A DNA stretch of 64,000 bases from an uncultured delta proteobacterium. GTDB taxonomy: Bacteria; Desulfobacterota; Binatia; UBA9968. The notes under the pieces were generated by a model. The model saw nothing but the letters and a program-made list of their open reading frames with translations, had not been told where the DNA came from and ran no database searches. Within the stretch, counting starts at the first letter, position 1, and each line of letters begins with the position of its first letter. A program made the translations under genes and the position numbers. This document shows positions 62,782-64,000 of the stretch, in pieces. The stretch spans positions 64,001-128,000 of the forward strand of contig CAWFJP010000001.1 of NCBI GenBank assembly GCA_963816145.1, in the 5' to 3' direction.

Positions 62782-63063
62782 ATGGATAACATGACTCTTA
62801 TCGCAATCGCTTCCATTATTACCGCCGGGCTGACGATGGCGGTTGGGGGGATAGGACCCGCGCTTAGCGAGGGACGGGCAGTCGCGACGGCATTGAGCGC
62901 GCTGGCGCAGCAACCCGATGCCTCCGGCACCATCACTCGGACCTTGTTTGTCGGTCTGGCGATGATCGAGTCCATTGCCATCTACTGCTTTGTGGTCTCG
63001 ATGATTCTCATCTTCGCCAATCCTTTCTGGAACCACGTCATTGTCCAAACGACAGGAAAGTGA
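62782..63063 (+). CDS. atpE: N-ATPase subunit c
   Basis: GPALSEG...AQQPDA...GLAMIESIAIY...FANPF. Confidence 0.95.
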   Translation: MDNMTLIAIASIITAGLTMAVGGIGPALSEGRAVATALSALAQQPDASGTITRTLFVGLAMIESIAIYCFVVSMILIFANPFWNHVIVQTTGK

Positions 63064-63066
63064 CCT

Positions 63067-63978
63067 ATGCTAATCGATTGGTTCACTGTCGCTGCGCAGG
63101 TAGTCAACTTCCTCATCCTGGTATGGTTAATGAAACGCTTTCTTTACAAGCCAATCCTTAACGCCATCGACGAGCGGGAGAAGCGGATCGCCACTGAACT
63201 CGCGGATGCCGCCGCGAAAAAGGCCGAAGCGCAAAAGGAACACGACGGCTTTCAGCACAAGAACGAAGAGTTCGAGCAGCAGCGCGCCACTCTCTTGAGC
63301 AAAGTAAGGGACGAGGCGAAAGCCGTACGTCAGCGGCTCCTCGACGAAGCGCGGAAGGAGGCGGACGGCCTGCGCGTCAGGCGGCAGGACGCCTTGCGAA
63401 ATGACCAAAAGAGCCTGAGCGAAGAGATCACCCGTCGAACCAAGGAGGAAGTTTTTGCGATCACGCGAAAGACGCTCGCGGACCTCGCCACGACGACACT
63501 GGAAGAACGCCTCGGCGAAGTATTCACGCGCCGTTTGCGACAGATGGACGGTAAGGTGAAAGAAGGTCTTGCCCAGGCCCTTAAGACATCGTCCGACCCG
63601 GCGCTCGTGCGCAGCACGTTTGACCTGCCTGCGAAGCAACGGGACGCGATACAAAATGCGCTCAACGAGACCTTCTCGGCTGAAATCCGCGTCCGGTTCG
63701 AGACGGCTCCGAAGCTGGTCTGCGGGATCGAACTCACCACGAATGGACAGAAGCTGGCTTGGAGCATCGCGGATTATCTCGCGTCGCTGGAAAAGAGCGT
63801 CGGCGAACTTCTAGACGCACAATCCAAATCTGAAGCCAAAGCCGAGCCGAAACCGGAGACTAAACCTGATGAATCCAAGCCGGACCTACACCTTGAGCCT
63901 AAGCAAGAGGTCAAGCCCGAAGCAAAGCCCGCACCCACGCCAGAGCCGAAATCTGCCGCTCCCGTGGAGGCCAAATGA
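63067..63978 (+). CDS. atpF: N-ATPase subunit b with delta-like fusion and PEK-rich tail
   Basis: MLIDWFTVAAQVVNFLILVWLMKRFLYKPIL...CGIEL...WSIADYL. Confidence 0.93.
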   Translation: MLIDWFTVAAQVVNFLILVWLMKRFLYKPILNAIDEREKRIATELADAAAKKAEAQKEHDGFQHKNEEFEQQRATLLSKVRDEAKAVRQRLLDEARKEADGLRVRRQDALRNDQKSLSEEITRRTKEEVFAITRKTLADLATTTLEERLGEVFTRRLRQMDGKVKEGLAQALKTSSDPALVRSTFDLPAKQRDAIQNALNETFSAEIRVRFETAPKLVCGIELTTNGQKLAWSIADYLASLEKSVGELLDAQSKSEAKAEPKPETKPDESKPDLHLEPKQEVKPEAKPAPTPEPKSAAPVEAK

Positions 63979-64000
63979 GCGCGCCACCCGACACCCTGAA
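63975..64000 (+). CDS. atpA: Probable start of N-ATPase alpha subunit
   Basis: ATG overlapping the atpF stop after GGAGG; identity inferred only from the atpDCQRBEFAG gene order. Confidence 0.5.

Overview
GC-rich bacterial chromosomal segment. Gene style and the dense palindromic intergenic repeats suggest Candidatus Binatia or a similar deltaproteobacterium (inference). It falls into three blocks. (1) 1-30.6 kb is a low-oxygen/stress island: an unusual DnaK lacking the diderm insert, MFS, tandem USP, three c-type cytochromes, archease-rtcB-SPFH, a large acyl-CoA dehydratase activase fusion, cfa, PRT, five CBS proteins, BON, two FmdB zinc ribbons, two ferritin-like proteins and an orphan archaeo-eukaryotic primase. 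Almost every transcription unit here has a sigma-54 -24/-12 motif, and many have a pair of 14-bp imperfect palindromes 30-32 bp apart. The island also encodes a CHASE-PAS-FixL-like heme-PAS kinase next to an NtrC-type sigma-54 activator, so it is a candidate O2-sensing sigma-54 regulon. (2) 31-44.5 kb is a signalling module: CheB-CheR-PAS-HisKA_3 fusion, two NarL regulators, a PAS kinase, a His-less kinase, two paralogous nucleotidyltransferases and a 21-bp motif in three copies, bracketed by inverted copies of a ~140-bp repeat. (3) 45-64 kb holds general-stress small proteins (BON, YtxH, DUF5670, DUF3309, CsbD, Crp), a GH13 enzyme, a run of gene fragments (glgP, xfp, Cu-ATPase, ackA), a P-type ATPase, YihY, phosphoketolase and an N-type ATPase operon running off the end. 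Many genes carry single-base frameshifts, probably long-read indels. No rRNA, tRNA or CRISPR array was seen. All family calls come from reading motifs by eye; no database search was run.
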